DNA of 63,904 bases, the filler included, from Pelomyxa schiedti (Eukaryota > Protista > Evosea), in the NCBI GenBank assembly GCA_020536535.1. It is 9 parts of 9 records of this genome, joined end to end, with 100 filler letters (N's around TTAATTAATTAA, not from the genome) between each part and the next. Parts side by side here need not be neighbours in the genome. Positions count along the whole stretch, not along the records: positions 61,828 to 63,904 come from JAHLWZ010002151.1; 8 more parts are not named here. One strand, written 5' to 3'. This document shows, piece by piece, positions 62,474 to 63,904 of this stretch (position 1 is its first letter; each line of letters starts with the position of its first letter). The position numbers and the translations under genes are program-made. The notes under the pieces are model-generated. The model was given only the letters and a program-made list of their open reading frames with translations, had not been told where the DNA came from and did no database searches.

Positions 62474-63522
62474 TCTAATTGTGGGAACCCAACATCGAGC
62501 AGGCCGGCGGGTTTGGCTTTCTGGCCGCTGGCGAAACCGTCGCACACCAAGTTGGCCGACGCCACGTGGCCCTCGGTGCTGAGCTACATCTGTTGCGCCT
62601 ATGGTGATGTCGTACCCTGGGACTCGTTTGTGCAGTGGTTCCCCACCAGATTTGTTGGGAAGGAAATAGACCCCAACCTGTTTGCCTACTGTAGGTTAGG
62701 CTCAATTCGTTTGTTGATGTATCTCCAATGACTTGATTTGCGACTCACATTCTGTCTGGGGTTTTGGAAGTGCACCCAATGGAGCAGAGGGCCACTTGTT
62801 CCTCATTATGTGGGGTTGCTTATGTTGACAAGAACATGTGGAATGATTTATGTGACTGGCTCTTCACTCCCTATGAGGACTTTTCACAGGTATGCAACGG
62901 CGAATTTATTATAGTAGACCCATAGCCTCCTATTTTTTTTGATAAAAACTAGGAGACAGTTTCTGAGTGGATGCAGAGGTTTTTTCAACGCAACTCACAT
63001 CTTACTCACTTTACCAAAGCTGGTTTTTCGGTTATACAGCAACCAGTACAATTGAAGAACTCCTCAGGGCCAAGGCACCAACAAAATGTATGTGTGTGCA
63101 CTGCTCTGACAAGCACAAGGGCCTTTACACACTCTCACTTCTCAATGAGGTTGTTGCGTCCCCCTTTTCACACAATCACCTACACTCATTTTACATTTTA
63201 CACCATTAATCCCTTTCACAAGGACATGATCCCAGAACACATTACAATTGGACACCATTGGCCACATGAAATTGGGTACTGGGCCACATCCCCCGAGGGT
63301 TCCCTTGTATACTACTTTGGAACACATGGACAGGGGTGTGGCTGGTACACACTGGCAGGGAACCAAGAAGAACCATCACACTACTTCACAACCATGGCCG
63401 ATCTCATGTCATCATACCACAATCCCACATCTGGCCTGTATCGTTACTACCTGGACAACAACATACCACCACCTACTTCCACACCATCAACCAACATGGA
63501 TGTTGAATCTGATGATTTGTAA
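62474..63522 (+). CDS. Cbl/SHK-type EF-hand-like + SH2-like domain protein, possibly disrupted
   Basis: VVPWDSFV...WNDLCDWLFTPY...SWFFGY...EELL...CVHCSDKHKGLYTLS; FLVR Arg replaced by His; possible frameshift near 62980. Confidence 0.45.
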
Positions 63523-63650
63523 ATGAGCAGGTTTTTATTGTCCTTCCTTGACTGCAATAAAAACCAGGAAATTGTGTGGCACCAAGTAGCACAAAATCTA
63601 CAATCTATAATCAACACACTTTGATCCAACCGGTAAACAAACAGTGAGCA

Positions 63651-63904
63651 ATGAGTAGTACCGGTGCGGATCAGCGACCAACAACAACAACAAACAGCGA
63701 CAGCAAGGGTATTGGTGTCAGTGGCGGTGGTGCCGGTGGGGGGGGCGTGGGAAATGGCAACGGCAAAGGGGGCGATGTTGCGCAGGCTATTGAACGCGCT
63801 GTGAGGGCTTGCATGGCAAAGGATGAGCCGACTATGGTGAAGGGAGTGGAGATTCTCAAGGGCATCTTGTCTGTAGGTAGTGCTTGTGTTGGCTGCCAGC
63901 CGCG
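63651..63904 (+). CDS. First exon of an uncharacterised (ARM-like?) gene, truncated by window end
   Basis: ATG at 63651 opens MSSTGADQRP...AIERAVRACMAKDEPTMVKGVEILKGILS. Confidence 0.35.
   Translation, partial: MSSTGADQRPTTTTNSDSKGIGVSGGGAGGGGVGNGNGKGGDVAQAIERAVRACMAKDEPTMVKGVEILKGILSVGSACVGCQP

Noticed and set aside
1-63904. Alternative genetic code suggested by many short broken ORFs
   Set aside because: Short spliceosomal introns explain the breaks, and conserved genes terminate in TAA, TAG and TGA.

Overview
This is eukaryotic, gene-dense protist DNA. It has many short (about 40-60 nt) GT-AG introns with CTAAC/CTGAT-type branch points, micro-exons and the standard genetic code. Gene content (Entamoeba-style transmembrane kinase, PINK1-like kinase with Sel1 repeats, plant/kinetoplastid-type iPGM) suggests an amoebozoan, possibly an archamoeba such as Pelomyxa; this is inference only. 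The window is not contiguous: nine contigs are joined by N-TTAATTAATTAA-N linkers, and there are two 100-N scaffold gaps with 121-nt k-mer overlap artefacts. Recognisable genes include iPGM, NECAP, importin-alpha, TYW1, a PX-PH-RasGEF, OS-9, a class III cyclase and several kinases. The most striking locus is 53768-58983, on a single contig. An intron-containing gene there encodes three tandem phage-tail-fibre-like modules (tail collar plus three HxH metal motifs each), which looks like a single-chain pseudo-trimeric fibre. It sits head-to-head, 174 bp away, from a GC-rich, essentially intronless gene resembling stonustoxin-type MACPF + FN3 + GTPase, which is interrupted by one in-frame TAG. 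The pair is bounded by hairpins, a MITE-like inverted repeat and a hAT-like remnant. Other candidates are a secreted aegerolysin/Cry34-like protein hidden by introns, a Crinkler-like NTPase+nuclease with a possible GPP34-like header, a BAH+Plus3 protein and a GC-AG intron. All domain calls are from motif reading by eye, not from database searches.
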